A stretch of DNA of 40,370 nt from Candidatus Wolframiiraptor gerlachensis (GCA_021323375.2 JAJPCT020000005.1:1-40370), one strand, 5' to 3'; numbered from the stretch's first letter, positions 27,166 through 37,540 are shown. Translations and numbers: made by a program. The notes: generated by a model not told the origin, from the sequence alone.

Positions 27166-29349
27166 CTACTCGACGAAGTCCGAGATCTCTGGTATCTTCG
27201 GCGGCAGGCCCTTCCGCTTCCTGATCTCTTGGATTATCTTGTCCTTTAGGGATGCTGGGACAGGCTTCCATGCGTAGAACTCAGTCGCCCAGAAGGCCTT
27301 ACCCATTGTCGCGCTCCTTATCACCTCGCTTAGATCAAATGTCTCGGCGGCTGGTATCTCGCCCGTCACCACGGTTATGTACTCCTGCTGCGTGACATTC
27401 AATATTCTACCCCTCTTGCTCGTTATAACGGATGTCACGGCTCCAAGTAGGTCTGAAGTAACCTTCACCTCTATCTTCAAGACGGGCTCTAGGAGGATTG
27501 GGTCGGCGCTTAGAATGCTGGCGTAGAGCGATCTCCTAGTGGCGGGGACTATCTGGGCATACCCCCTATGAACCGGGTCCTCATGAAGCTCCGCATTCAC
27601 TAGAATTGCCTTGATCCCCCTCATGGGCTCCTCGGCCAGCGGCCCCCGCTCCATGACATCCTGGAAGCCGGCGATTATGAGAGCCTTCGACTCATGAAGA
27701 TACTGAACTCCCTTCGTCATGTCAACGAGGATATTGCCTCTCGGGTCTATGCACCAGACATTCCGGGCCATGTCAGCATCCCATCCATGATCTCTCAGGA
27801 TCTTCGCAACCTGCTTCCGATCCATCTCCTCGAAGATCTCACCCTTCCTAATGAGCTCGATTATCTCGGGCTCGAGGGGCTCGACCTGAAGATAGATCCT
27901 GTTATGCTTGTTGGGTGACTTGCCCTCGAAGACTTTGCCCTTCTTCGAGACCGTCTCCCTGTATAGTATTATAGGCTTGCTCGCGACGACCTCTATCCCG
28001 GCCTTCGCTATCCACGTAAGCGCTATCTCAAGATGAAGTGTTCCCATGCCGCTTATCAGGTACTCACCGGTCTCCGGCCTCACGGTCGTGACCAGCGTCG
28101 GGTCCTCAATCGAGAGCTTATTCAAGAAGTCTACGAGCTTCGGCAGATCCCTGCTATTCTTCGGCTCGACGGAGATTGTGACAACAGGCTCTGAAACATA
28201 CTTCAAGGACTCGAATGGAACCATGTCAACAGTGGAGAGTGTGTCTCCCGCCCTCGCCTCATCAATTCCAAGCAGAGCGGGTATGTTCCCGGCTGGCAGG
28301 CTTCCGACGATCTCCCGGTTCGGGCCCATGTAGACCGTCACCTGTTGAATCCTCTTCGAGATGTTTCTGCCGACTATCTTGATTATATCTCCCTCCTTGA
28401 CCGTGCCGCTGAAGAGCCTTCCAGTGGCGACAACACCCGCCTGGGGATCAACCTTGACATCGGTAACTATCATAACCGGCGGCCCATTCTCATCGCAGTT
28501 CAACATAGCCTGCCCAACCTCGCTATCAATATCACCCTTCCAGATCTTCGGTATCCTATACTTCTGCGCCACATGCGGCGGCGGATGATGATTAATGACC
28601 ATCTCTAGTATAGCCTCATGAAGCGGCGCATTTTCCTGAAGCCAAGCAATATCATTGTTCTGGAACGCCTTCATGACGTCGCTGAACTTTATCCCCTTCT
28701 TCTGGGCCTGGGGCACCGTGAAGCCCCATCTATCTTTAGCGCTCCCAATTGCGACCGTCCCATTCTGGAAGCTAACCTTCCACTTATCCCGGTACTCCGG
28801 CTCCGCATACATCTCGATGAGCCTGTTTACCTCCGTCACTATCCTAGCCAAAGTCTCTTGGATCTTCTCCGGCGTAAGCCTGAGCTCCTTGATCAGCCTA
28901 TCGACCTTGTTTATGTAGAGGACCGGCCTAACCCTCTCCTCGAGAGCCTGCCTGACAACGGTCTCCGTCTGGGTCATAACGCCCTCAACAGCATCCACAA
29001 CCACTATCGCCCCATCAATCGCCCTGAGAGCCCGGGTAACCCTGCCGCTGAAATCAACGTGACCCGGAGTATCGATCATGTTGATGATATACGGCTTGCC
29101 ATTCATCTCATAATAGAGGGAGATGTTAGCCGCCTTGATCGTCATCTGCCTCTGCTGCTCCTCCTCCAAATAGTCGAGTGCAAGAGCCTTACCCGCAAGA
29201 GTTGGCGAGAGAAGACCAGCAGCAGCAAGCAGGCTATCCGTAGTCGTAGTCTTACCATGATCAACATGAGCAATGGTACCTATGTTACGAATGCAATCCT
29301 TCTGCCTAAGGATCTCCAGCACCTCACTTATCCTCTTAACCCTCGGCAT
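27166..29349 (-). CDS. fusA: Elongation factor 2 (aEF-2)
   Basis: AHVDHGKTT, DTPGHVDF, NKVD and the diphthamide loop HEDPVHRG; start at ATG 29349. Confidence 0.97.
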   Translation of the reverse strand: MPRVKRISEVLEILRQKDCIRNIGTIAHVDHGKTTTTDSLLAAAGLLSPTLAGKALALDYLEEEQQRQMTIKAANISLYYEMNGKPYIINMIDTPGHVDFSGRVTRALRAIDGAIVVVDAVEGVMTQTETVVRQALEERVRPVLYINKVDRLIKELRLTPEKIQETLARIVTEVNRLIEMYAEPEYRDKWKVSFQNGTVAIGSAKDRWGFTVPQAQKKGIKFSDVMKAFQNNDIAWLQENAPLHEAILEMVINHHPPPHVAQKYRIPKIWKGDIDSEVGQAMLNCDENGPPVMIVTDVKVDPQAGVVATGRLFSGTVKEGDIIKIVGRNISKRIQQVTVYMGPNREIVGSLPAGNIPALLGIDEARAGDTLSTVDMVPFESLKYVSEPVVTISVEPKNSRDLPKLVDFLNKLSIEDPTLVTTVRPETGEYLISGMGTLHLEIALTWIAKAGIEVVASKPIILYRETVSKKGKVFEGKSPNKHNRIYLQVEPLEPEIIELIRKGEIFEEMDRKQVAKILRDHGWDADMARNVWCIDPRGNILVDMTKGVQYLHESKALIIAGFQDVMERGPLAEEPMRGIKAILVNAELHEDPVHRGYAQIVPATRRSLYASILSADPILLEPVLKIEVKVTSDLLGAVTSVITSKRGRILNVTQQEYITVVTGEIPAAETFDLSEVIRSATMGKAFWATEFYAWKPVPASLKDKIIQEIRKRKGLPPKIPEISDFVE

Positions 29350-29614
29350 AAGCGCCCTCTCCCAACGCACACCCCCAAAAGGCTCCTTAATATATTATGC
29401 CCAATAAGCCCCCACAAACCACCCCAAACACCCCCCACGCCAGAACCCCCAAACAAGTCCCCTCAAAACCCTCTCAAAAACCATGCTTCACGCGCGACCA
29501 CTTCTATTGTGAGGGGCATCAAAGTTAAAGTTTTACCATCTAAGAAAAACCTTTAACCATAAACGGTAAACATACAAACAAGGTCCAATCGTGAAACTAC
29601 AGATAAAACAGCAC

Positions 29615-29835
29615 AATCCCGTTGAAACGGGATTAATGTTCCAAGCATACGACACCCCACCCGATTTGAAACGCTTTTCCCGGCTTAGTTGTGCCTAGTC
29701 CCAACTCTTATGAGGCCTTAGGGGTGGGGGTAGGAGGGGGTTTGCAGGTATTCTTCCTAATTAATCCCGTTTTAACGGGATTAATCAGCCCGTCAATAAT
29801 CCCATATCTACGGGATTGTATTTTTGCACGGGATT
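29615..29835. repeat. Array of 20-bp palindromes AATCCCGT-N4-ACGGGATT
   Basis: Copies at 29615-29634, 29763-29782 (arms extend to 29760-29785), 29798-29817 (one mismatch) and a half-site at 29828-29835. Confidence 0.85.
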
Positions 29836-29886
29836 ATTGGTGTTTTAAGGTAAAATTTTTATGGTAAACGTTTAACAGTTTATCAC

Positions 29887-30201
29887 ATGCCACAGGGTAC
29901 TAAAGGTGGCAATGTTGACGTGAATGAGAGGGTTGGGGGGAGGATGCGCTCGGGGAGGGTTGAGAGGGTTGATGAGAAGCTTTTCAGGGAGGCTGTTAGG
30001 AGGGCCTTTAGCCAGCCCAGGCTAGCGTTTTACTCGCCGGTTGCCAGCTGCGTCCTGAATTACTGGAAGAGTGCTGTGCCTAGGTTTAGTATAAGCGAGT
30101 TTTTGGCTAAGGTTGTTGAGAGGGAGATTGCTAGGGCTTGGCCGAGGCTTTATGAGAGGGCTGAGAGGGAGCTTAGGAAAAAGTCGGGTGGAAGGAGGTA
30201 G
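29887..30201 (+). CDS. Small basic protein, probable ribbon-helix-helix DNA-binding fold
   Basis: Strand RLAFYS, helix PVASCVLNYWK, helix FSISEFLAKVVERE; TTTTTA box about 26-30 nt upstream. Confidence 0.55.
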   Translation: MPQGTKGGNVDVNERVGGRMRSGRVERVDEKLFREAVRRAFSQPRLAFYSPVASCVLNYWKSAVPRFSISEFLAKVVEREIARAWPRLYERAERELRKKSGGRR

Positions 30202-30207
30202 CGTGAA

Positions 30208-31080
30208 ATGCTTAAGATCAAGCCAGAGTGCCTTCCCTGCACGCTCTCGACAGGTGTTAGGATGACTAAGATCGCTACATGTAATTTGGAGCTTCAGCGT
30301 CTAGCCGCTCAAGAGATTGCTAGGAGATTGGGTGAGGTTACTTGGGAGGAAGCGCCTCTCGACCTATCCTATATAATCCAGCATATTGTCGCGAGGATAA
30401 CAGGTGTTAGAGACCCATATCAGGAGATTAAGAGGAGGAGTAACTTAGCCATCCTAAGGTGTTATGAGGAGCTTAAGGCGAGGATTAGGGGAGCGACTGA
30501 TCCATTGGAGGCCGCTGTGAAGCTTGCTATAGCCGGTAACATCATTGACCTTGGACCTTATGCTGAGGTTGATCTTGATCAGCCTCTTAAGAGGATCTCT
30601 AATAATCTCGCGATAAATGATTTCCCAGTTTTCAGGAGGAGTGTCATGGAGTCGAGATCCCTACTCTACTTCCTTGATAATGCTGGTGAGATCGTGTTTG
30701 ATAAGCTCCTCATTGAGACTATGATTGATATTAGGGGTAGGTTTTTCGATAGAGTCGGGCTTGTTGTTAAGGAGGGGCCACTAGTAAATGATGCCACGCT
30801 GGAGGATGCTGTGGAGATTGGGTTAACCAAGATTCAAAATTCGTCCATAATGCTCGTTGGTGATGGGCGTGGAGCTGCTCCAAGCTTCAGGAGCCGTGAG
30901 GTCGAGAACTGGATCAACGATTATGATCTCGTGATCTTCAAGGGTCAGGCTAATTTCGAGATCTTTGAGGATAAGTGCGGCTTTTTCATGCTGATCGCCA
31001 AGTGCCCTGCCGTCGCAGAGGCTCTAGGAGTTAAAGTGGGCGATATGATCCTGAAGCACTCGGCCTATGGAAAAATGTAG
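30208..31080 (+). CDS. DUF89/ARMT1-like damage-control phosphatase
   Basis: ECLPC, DPY, AIAGNIID, DNAGEIVFD, NDAT, KGQANFE and KC motifs. Confidence 0.9.
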   Translation: MLKIKPECLPCTLSTGVRMTKIATCNLELQRLAAQEIARRLGEVTWEEAPLDLSYIIQHIVARITGVRDPYQEIKRRSNLAILRCYEELKARIRGATDPLEAAVKLAIAGNIIDLGPYAEVDLDQPLKRISNNLAINDFPVFRRSVMESRSLLYFLDNAGEIVFDKLLIETMIDIRGRFFDRVGLVVKEGPLVNDATLEDAVEIGLTKIQNSSIMLVGDGRGAAPSFRSREVENWINDYDLVIFKGQANFEIFEDKCGFFMLIAKCPAVAEALGVKVGDMILKHSAYGKM

Positions 31081-31101
31081 AAATAGCGGATGTATTAGCT
31101 C

Positions 31102-32280
31102 TTGCAGTTAGATCCGCTTATGGGTTTTCTTGGAGCACTTCCGAGATTGCTGCTTTTTGAGCGGGGCGGGATCGAGAAGCTACCTGACATAATCTCGGAG
31201 CTAGGATTGAGTGGTAGGTGCATGCTCGTCACTGGTAAGAGATTTGCGAAAAGTTCGGGCTACTTGGATAAACTTAGGGGGCTTCTCGAATCCGCTGGCA
31301 TGAGCAGGGTTGTAATCTTTGATAGGGTTGAGCCCAATCCATCGGCTAACATAGTTGATGAGGGCGGGAGGATCGCGGCTGAGCATGAGATAGACTTCCT
31401 GATAGGCTTTGGGGGCGGAAGCGCTATAGATACCGCCAAGGGGATAGCTGTCGTGGCAACCGGTGGTGGAAGTATCATCAACTACTTTTACCCTGTTGAG
31501 GTGAAGCACTCCACCATGCCGATAATAGCCATCCCAACCACCTGTGGGACTGGGAGCGAGGTAACGAAATATGCTGTTATAAGTCATGGATATAGGAAGA
31601 ACGTAGTCTTGGGCAACGGCCTAGTGCCAATTGCCACGATACTGGACGCAGAAGTCCTCAAGTATCTTCCAAAGGATATTCTTGCTCACACGGCGTTTGA
31701 CGCCTTATCACATGCTATTGAATCATGTTTTCACGTTAGATCAAATGAGTTAACACAAATGTTCTCGGTAGAGGCGGTGAGGACTATCCTTGAGAACTTC
31801 ATGCGAGCCTATGATGGGGATTTCGAGGGGAGGGAGAGGCTGCTCTACGCCAGCATGATCGCAGGGTTGGCGATAAACTTCTCAGGAACAGTGGTGGTCC
31901 ATGGGCTTGGATATTACTTGACTGAGAAGTATAATGTCCCACATGGCCTAGCTAATGCCCTCTTCCTGCCCCAGCTTATAGAGTACTCGTCAGAGAGAAT
32001 GCCCGAGAAATTAGTAATGCTCTGCAATAGGCTTGGAATAGCTTTAGATGATCCGGGCGCGTGCGCAAGGGCGATCTTGCGGAAGCTGGATGAGTTGCGC
32101 CGTTATGCTGTATTACCTTCGAGCCTGCACGAGATAGGAGTTCCGGAGGCCGAGTTTGAGAAGCTGGTTGATGAGGGGCTATCATATAGGAGGAATATTG
32201 AGAATTGTATAGCACCTCCGAGTAGGGAGGATGTTGAGCGCATGGTTAGAAGCGCCTTCCGGGGGCTTACACATGATTAA
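31102..32280 (+). CDS. Iron-containing alcohol dehydrogenase
   Basis: GGGSAID, PTTCGTGSE, DALSHAIE, HGLGY and HGLAN motifs. Confidence 0.92.
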   Translation: MQLDPLMGFLGALPRLLLFERGGIEKLPDIISELGLSGRCMLVTGKRFAKSSGYLDKLRGLLESAGMSRVVIFDRVEPNPSANIVDEGGRIAAEHEIDFLIGFGGGSAIDTAKGIAVVATGGGSIINYFYPVEVKHSTMPIIAIPTTCGTGSEVTKYAVISHGYRKNVVLGNGLVPIATILDAEVLKYLPKDILAHTAFDALSHAIESCFHVRSNELTQMFSVEAVRTILENFMRAYDGDFEGRERLLYASMIAGLAINFSGTVVVHGLGYYLTEKYNVPHGLANALFLPQLIEYSSERMPEKLVMLCNRLGIALDDPGACARAILRKLDELRRYAVLPSSLHEIGVPEAEFEKLVDEGLSYRRNIENCIAPPSREDVERMVRSAFRGLTHD

Positions 32281-33091
32281 CACCGAGAATAGTCTTAGAG
32301 GTGTTATTTGCGAAGCTCTCTTGAGAGGGCATGAGGCCTTGATAGAATGTATGAGGAATGAGTTAACCGGGGTGGAGGGCAGGGGGAGCTTCGGGGACTA
32401 TTCTCATCAATTCGATCTGATAACCGAGAAGGCCGTTATCGACTATGTAAAGGAGGCTTTCGGCGAGAAGGCTTACATCATCTCCGAGGAGTCCGGGGAG
32501 ATTAGATGTGATAATCCAGAGCTTTACGTGTTAATAGACCCGGTTGACGGCTCCACTAATGTTGCTAATGGAATCATGTTCTGTGCATCCGCAATCCTGA
32601 TATCCAGGAGCCCATACTTATCGGGGACCATTACAGCCGGGGTAATAGACCATTCCTCAGGAAAGATTTACCTAGGCGACAAGAATGGAGTCAGCATTAT
32701 TGGCGGGCATTTAAAGCTTAGGAAAAATAATCTCTCAAAAGCGCTTGTATTCTTGGACTTAGCAAGCCTGACAAAGGATATTGAAGACTCTTATAATCCG
32801 ACGGAGCTGAGTCTCAAACTAGTCAGGAGGGCTAAGAATACGAGGTTCTTCGCCGCGGCAAGCTTGGAAATAGCGCAAATATTAGAGGGGAGGGCTGATG
32901 CGTATGCCTGCTTCGCTAAAGATCTTAAGATCATGGATTTCGCTGCGTCATTATGCTTATTGAAGTGGGCTGGAGGAGCATACCAGATCCTCGGAAGCGA
33001 GAATCCATCACTATTGGATACCAGGAGATATGGTGTAATTGCGGCCTCGAGTAGGGAGCTGCTTGACGAGATACTGGCTCTCTGGGATTAA
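32273..33091 (+). CDS. Inositol monophosphatase / FBPase family protein
   Basis: ISEE, IDPVDGSTN and DFAA motifs. Confidence 0.88.
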   Translation: MINTENSLRGVICEALLRGHEALIECMRNELTGVEGRGSFGDYSHQFDLITEKAVIDYVKEAFGEKAYIISEESGEIRCDNPELYVLIDPVDGSTNVANGIMFCASAILISRSPYLSGTITAGVIDHSSGKIYLGDKNGVSIIGGHLKLRKNNLSKALVFLDLASLTKDIEDSYNPTELSLKLVRRAKNTRFFAAASLEIAQILEGRADAYACFAKDLKIMDFAASLCLLKWAGGAYQILGSENPSLLDTRRYGVIAASSRELLDEILALWD

Positions 33092-33125
33092 CGCTTATAT
33101 TTGCGCATTATTGAAGATGGCTCCA

Positions 33126-34133
33126 ATGAGACCTAAAGTGTACATTACTCGCAGAATTCCGGAGATAGGGCTGAAGATATTAAGGGAATACTGCGAGGTC
33201 GTGTATAGGGATGAGCTCCCACCACCAGCTAGAGATGAGCTTCTCAAGGCGGTCGAAGATGTTGATGCCATCTATTGCACGCTGAACGAGACCATCGATA
33301 AGGAAGTGATGGATAGGGCTGGAAAGCTCAAGGTCGTCGGCACGATGAGCGTCGGCGTGGATCATATCGATGTCGAGTATGCTACGAAGAAGGGGATATA
33401 CATAGTCTATACTCCCGGGGTTCTGACCGAGACCGTGGCGGATCATACTTGGGCACTTCTATTAGCAGTTGCTAGAAGAATTGTGGAGGCGGATTCTTAT
33501 GTAAGGAGGGGTGAGTGGAAGATCGCGTGGGCGCCTACAATGATGCTGGGATATGATGTTTATGGTAAGGTTCTCGGGATAATAGGTCTTGGTAGGATTG
33601 GGCAGGCGGTGGCGAGGAGGGCTAAGGGCTTCAACATGAGGATCCTATACTATGATATCATCCGGAGAGAGGGTCTTGAGAAGGAGCTTGGCGTGGAGTA
33701 TGTGCCGCTTGAAAGGCTTCTGATGGAGTCTGACTACGTATCAATTCATGTTCCATTGACTCCGGAGACTAGAGGGCTTATTGGCGAGAGGGAGTTAAGG
33801 CTCATGAAGAAGACCGCCATCTTGGTTAATACGTCTCGCGGCCCTGTTATTGACCAGAAAGCGCTTTTCAGGGCTTTGAAGGAGGGTTGGATCGCCGGCG
33901 CCGGGCTTGATGTATTTGAGAAAGAGCCGATAGATCCCAATGATCCATTGCTAAAGCTGGAGAATGTCGTCGTAACACCCCACATTGGAAGTGCCTCGCA
34001 TGATACTAGGAACAAGATGGCCGAGCTCACCGCTACGGGCATAATCAAGGTCTTGAGGGGAGAGGTGCCTGAAAACCTTTTGAACCCGGAGGTCACCAAT
34101 ATTAAGCCGTTAAACATGGTTAAGATGATCTGA
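33126..34133 (+). CDS. gyaR: Glyoxylate reductase (D-2-hydroxyacid dehydrogenase)
   Basis: VGVDHID, TPGVLT, GLGRIG, NTSRG, LDVFEKEP and PHIGSA motifs. Confidence 0.85.
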   Translation: MRPKVYITRRIPEIGLKILREYCEVVYRDELPPPARDELLKAVEDVDAIYCTLNETIDKEVMDRAGKLKVVGTMSVGVDHIDVEYATKKGIYIVYTPGVLTETVADHTWALLLAVARRIVEADSYVRRGEWKIAWAPTMMLGYDVYGKVLGIIGLGRIGQAVARRAKGFNMRILYYDIIRREGLEKELGVEYVPLERLLMESDYVSIHVPLTPETRGLIGERELRLMKKTAILVNTSRGPVIDQKALFRALKEGWIAGAGLDVFEKEPIDPNDPLLKLENVVVTPHIGSASHDTRNKMAELTATGIIKVLRGEVPENLLNPEVTNIKPLNMVKMI

Positions 34134-34134
34134 G

Positions 34135-35148
34135 GTGGCTGAATTGGCGGAGCTCTTCTTCGATGGGGATCTAAGCATTCTCAGGGGCTTAACGATAGCC
34201 GTCATTGGCTACGGTAATCAGGGAAGTGTTCAGGCCAAGATCCTTAGGGAGAATGGCTTGGAGGTCATAGTCGGCAATAGGAGGGATGAGTATTGGAGGA
34301 GGGCCGAGAAGGATGGCTTCAAGGTTTACGAGATAAGAGAGGCTGTTAGAAGGGCCGATGCCGCCCTCCTACTAGTCCCGGATGAGGTCGCGCCGGACAT
34401 CTATTATAGCGAGATGGATGAGGAGATTAGGAGGAAGGGCTTCTTTATACTCGACTTCGCAAGCGGATACAATATAGCATATGGCTTGATCAAGCCGGCG
34501 CCGAATGCCGATGTGATAATGGTGGCTCCCCGGATGTTTGCTTGGGGGATTCTTGAAAGGCATAAGCAGGGGCTTGGATATCCGGTCTTGGTCGGCGTCG
34601 CGCAAGATGTATCCGGTAAGGCATTGGATTATGCTCTAGCGATCTCGAAGGGTATTGGGGCTATAGGGCTCCCCGGCGGAGTCGCCCTCAAATCATCATT
34701 TGAGGAGGAGGCCTTCCTCGATCTGCTAAGTGAGCATACTTACATACCACTCCTGATAGCCTCTATTATGGCGTATTTCGAGGTCGCCACCAAGGTTTAT
34801 GGAGCATCGCCGGAGGCTGCGATACTGGAACTCTATGCCTCGGGCGAACTGGCTGAGCAGGCTAAAGCCATGGCCGAGGAGGGGCTGATAGAGCAGTTGA
34901 AGCATCATTCTAGGACGAGCCAATATGGCCAGCTGACGAGAATACGGAGATATTATGAGATGATTAGGGATATTATTGAGAGCGAGGCTGAGGAGATTTG
35001 GAGCGGCGAATTCGCGAGGGAGTTCGCCGAAGAGAAGCTATCCGGGATGATATTGATGAATAGGCTTAAGGAAGTACTGGGATCAAGCGACTTAGTCAAG
35101 GTCGAGAAAAGACTACTTGAAACGATTAAAAAGGGAAAAGTGGATTGA
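34135..35148 (+). CDS. Ketol-acid reductoisomerase-like protein (divergent IlvC)
   Basis: GYGNQG, LVPDE, MVAPR, DLLSE, ELYASGE and HSRTSQYG motifs. Confidence 0.8.
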   Translation: MAELAELFFDGDLSILRGLTIAVIGYGNQGSVQAKILRENGLEVIVGNRRDEYWRRAEKDGFKVYEIREAVRRADAALLLVPDEVAPDIYYSEMDEEIRRKGFFILDFASGYNIAYGLIKPAPNADVIMVAPRMFAWGILERHKQGLGYPVLVGVAQDVSGKALDYALAISKGIGAIGLPGGVALKSSFEEEAFLDLLSEHTYIPLLIASIMAYFEVATKVYGASPEAAILELYASGELAEQAKAMAEEGLIEQLKHHSRTSQYGQLTRIRRYYEMIRDIIESEAEEIWSGEFAREFAEEKLSGMILMNRLKEVLGSSDLVKVEKRLLETIKKGKVD

Positions 35149-35164
35149 GAGAAAAGTTGTTGCC

Positions 35165-35977
35165 CTAGTATCCGATTCTGGCCTCCTCCTTTATTCTGCC
35201 TAGCATCGTAAGCGCGTTTATGAATCCCCTCCTCATTATTCCTAGATCCGACATCAGCGCGACGAACTTGAAGCCCTGAGAAATTAGTTCCTGAGCCTGC
35301 TCTGGGCTGAATGCATGTATCCCAGGCGTGACGTCGTATTTCTCGCAAACGTTCCTAACCTTCTTTAGGGCTTCTTGGAATCTTGAGTCTCCGAATTTTA
35401 GGGGGATTCCTAGGCTGACTGATAGGTCCATGGGCCCGATATATGCGACATCTATTCCGGGTGTCGAAAGTATTCCCTCGAGGTTTTCTAGGGCCTTACC
35501 CGTCTCTATCTGGACCAAGAGTATCCGCTCATTCTTCTCAAAGTTCTCGTAATAGTCTAGGAAGCTTCTCTGGCCATATCTAACCGCCCTTCTCGGCCCG
35601 ACGCCTCTCAGCCCTCTCGGCGGATATGATGCATAGCTGACAGCTCTTTCAGCCTCTTCCCGGCTATTAACCCATGGGACTAGTATCCCCTCAGCCCCTA
35701 TGTCAAGCGCCCTCTTTATGATCACCAGATCATTCCATGGGACCCTGATTATTGGCGAGATATCCACGCCCCTTAGGGGCATGAGTAGGACCTCGATGTC
35801 TGATATCTCGAGCGGCGCATGCTCCATGTCGAAGACGAGCCAGTCGAGCGGGAGCTCTGACAGGGCGTCAACAACATCTGGATGGTTTATTGTTACCCAT
35901 GTTCCAAGAACCACTTCCCCATTCTTGAGCTTCCTCTTCAAGGTAGACATGGCTTCCATGACACCCTTACAACTCAT
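35165..35977 (-). CDS. HpcH/HpaI class II pyruvate aldolase
   Basis: DMEH, RVP, KRALDIGA, YPPRGLRG, QIET and GPMDLS motifs. Confidence 0.9.
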   Translation of the reverse strand: MSCKGVMEAMSTLKRKLKNGEVVLGTWVTINHPDVVDALSELPLDWLVFDMEHAPLEISDIEVLLMPLRGVDISPIIRVPWNDLVIIKRALDIGAEGILVPWVNSREEAERAVSYASYPPRGLRGVGPRRAVRYGQRSFLDYYENFEKNERILLVQIETGKALENLEGILSTPGIDVAYIGPMDLSVSLGIPLKFGDSRFQEALKKVRNVCEKYDVTPGIHAFSPEQAQELISQGFKFVALMSDLGIMRRGFINALTMLGRIKEEARIGY

Positions 35978-36027
35978 ATACTTTTTGGCCCCGCTCCTCA
36001 GCGCATCGGTTCCCCGGGATTACGTTT

Positions 36028-37077
36028 ATGAGATGCGGGCTTTATTCTGATGATTTGGTGGCAGGGTTCCTGGGATCCGCGCCGGCGGGGTCTGTGGAGG
36101 TCGCGAAGGCCGAGCTCGCGAGGCTTAGGAGGGTGGGTTATAGAGTTGTGGGGAGGCACTCGGCTGTCAAGATATGCCACTGGACTAGGAGCGTTCTCAG
36201 GGGTGGCAAGAACTGTTACAAGGGATGGTATGGTATTAGGAGTCATAGGTGTCTGCAGATGACCCCGTCGCTTCAATATTGCAATATGATGTGCATCTTC
36301 TGCTGGAGGCATCATACTATAAACCGCGTGACAGGTGTTGGGGGCGAGTGGGATAGGCCGGAGGACATACTTGACGGCCTGATCCGGGAGCAGAGGCAGC
36401 TTTTATCAGGATTCAAGGGTAATCCAATTGTTGATAGGAAGCTTTTCGATGAGGCGATGGAGCCGAGACATGTCGCGATCTCGCTCGATGGTGAGCCGAC
36501 GATATACCCGTATCTCGCGGATATGGTGAAGCTAGTCAAGAGCAGGGGTATGACGGCCTTTCTGGTTACAAATGGCACTAATCCGGATAGGCTCATGGAG
36601 CTCGTGGAGGAGAATGCTGAGCCGACAAACCTCTACATTAGCCTTTATGGCCCTGATCCTGAGACTCATAGGATGCTCTGCAGGCCATTAATCCCTGATA
36701 GCTGGGAGAGGCTTATGAGGAGTCTGAGGGTTATGAGGGAGTTTCAGAAATCCGTGAAGGTTGTTAGGCTGATCATGATTAATGATTATACGATCCAGGA
36801 TCCCGAGAAGTATGCGGAGCTCATTAGGATCGGTGAGCCAGACTTCATCGAGTGTAAGGGCTACATGCATGTGGGTGAGTCCCAGAAGAGGATGAGGAGG
36901 GAGGCGATGCCCTCTCTCCATGAGATTAGGCCATTCGCGATGAAGCTTGCAGACGCTCTAGGATATGAGTATCTAGCCGAGGATAGGCCGAGCAGGGTTT
37001 CGTTGATCGCCAACCCCTCCTCGCCACATTATGACGTGGTTAGGATGAGGGTTTCAGGGCCTGGAACCGGTTTCTAA
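36028..37077 (+). CDS. taw1: 4-demethylwyosine synthase (Taw1/TYW1)
   Basis: HSAVKICHW, CYK, SHRCLQMTP, CNMMCIFCWR, SLDGEPT and KGYMHVG motifs. Confidence 0.93.
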   Translation: MRCGLYSDDLVAGFLGSAPAGSVEVAKAELARLRRVGYRVVGRHSAVKICHWTRSVLRGGKNCYKGWYGIRSHRCLQMTPSLQYCNMMCIFCWRHHTINRVTGVGGEWDRPEDILDGLIREQRQLLSGFKGNPIVDRKLFDEAMEPRHVAISLDGEPTIYPYLADMVKLVKSRGMTAFLVTNGTNPDRLMELVEENAEPTNLYISLYGPDPETHRMLCRPLIPDSWERLMRSLRVMREFQKSVKVVRLIMINDYTIQDPEKYAELIRIGEPDFIECKGYMHVGESQKRMRREAMPSLHEIRPFAMKLADALGYEYLAEDRPSRVSLIANPSSPHYDVVRMRVSGPGTGF

Positions 37078-37540
37078 GCCTTCTCCAGCTCTCTTCGAGA
37101 GACTCTGGGATCACCTTCGTATCCGCTAGGACTGGCATGAAGTTTGTGTCTCCAATCCATCGTGGAACGATGTGGAGGTGGATGTGCTCTTCGAGGCCTG
37201 CTCCAGCGGCCCTCCCAAGATTCAGCCCCACATTGAATCCATCGGGCTTATATTCGGATTCCAGCGCCACGATCGAGAGTTTTAGGAGCTTGATCATCTC
37301 AAGGAGCTCGTCGTCACCTAAATCGGTTATTCTTCCAACATGCCTGTATGACGCTATCATGAGGTGGCCATTATTGTAGGGATACCTGTTTAGGATCACA
37401 AAGCATGATTGGCCCCTATGTACCACGAGGTTCCTTGCATCATCCTCATCCCTTGAAGCCTCGCAGAGAAAGCACCCCCTATCCTTCTTTGAGAACCATT
37501 TTATGTAGGCGATCCTCCATGGCGCGTAGAGTATCCTCAT
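37040..37540 (-). CDS. HIT family hydrolase (Ap4A-phosphorylase-like)
   Basis: LYAPWR, CFLC, NRYPYNNGH and HIHLHIVPRW motifs. Confidence 0.9.
   Translation of the reverse strand: MRILYAPWRIAYIKWFSKKDRGCFLCEASRDEDDARNLVVHRGQSCFVILNRYPYNNGHLMIASYRHVGRITDLGDDELLEMIKLLKLSIVALESEYKPDGFNVGLNLGRAAGAGLEEHIHLHIVPRWIGDTNFMPVLADTKVIPESLEESWRRLRNRFQALKPSS

Noticed and set aside
28618-29556. 312-aa + strand ORF
   Set aside because: Antisense shadow of EF-2 running into low-complexity C-rich intergenic DNA; no motifs.
37040-37077. Convergent 3' overlaps (taw1/HIT; also phosphatase/hel308 and cdc6/rfcL)
   Set aside because: Common in compact archaeal genomes; no sign of special function.
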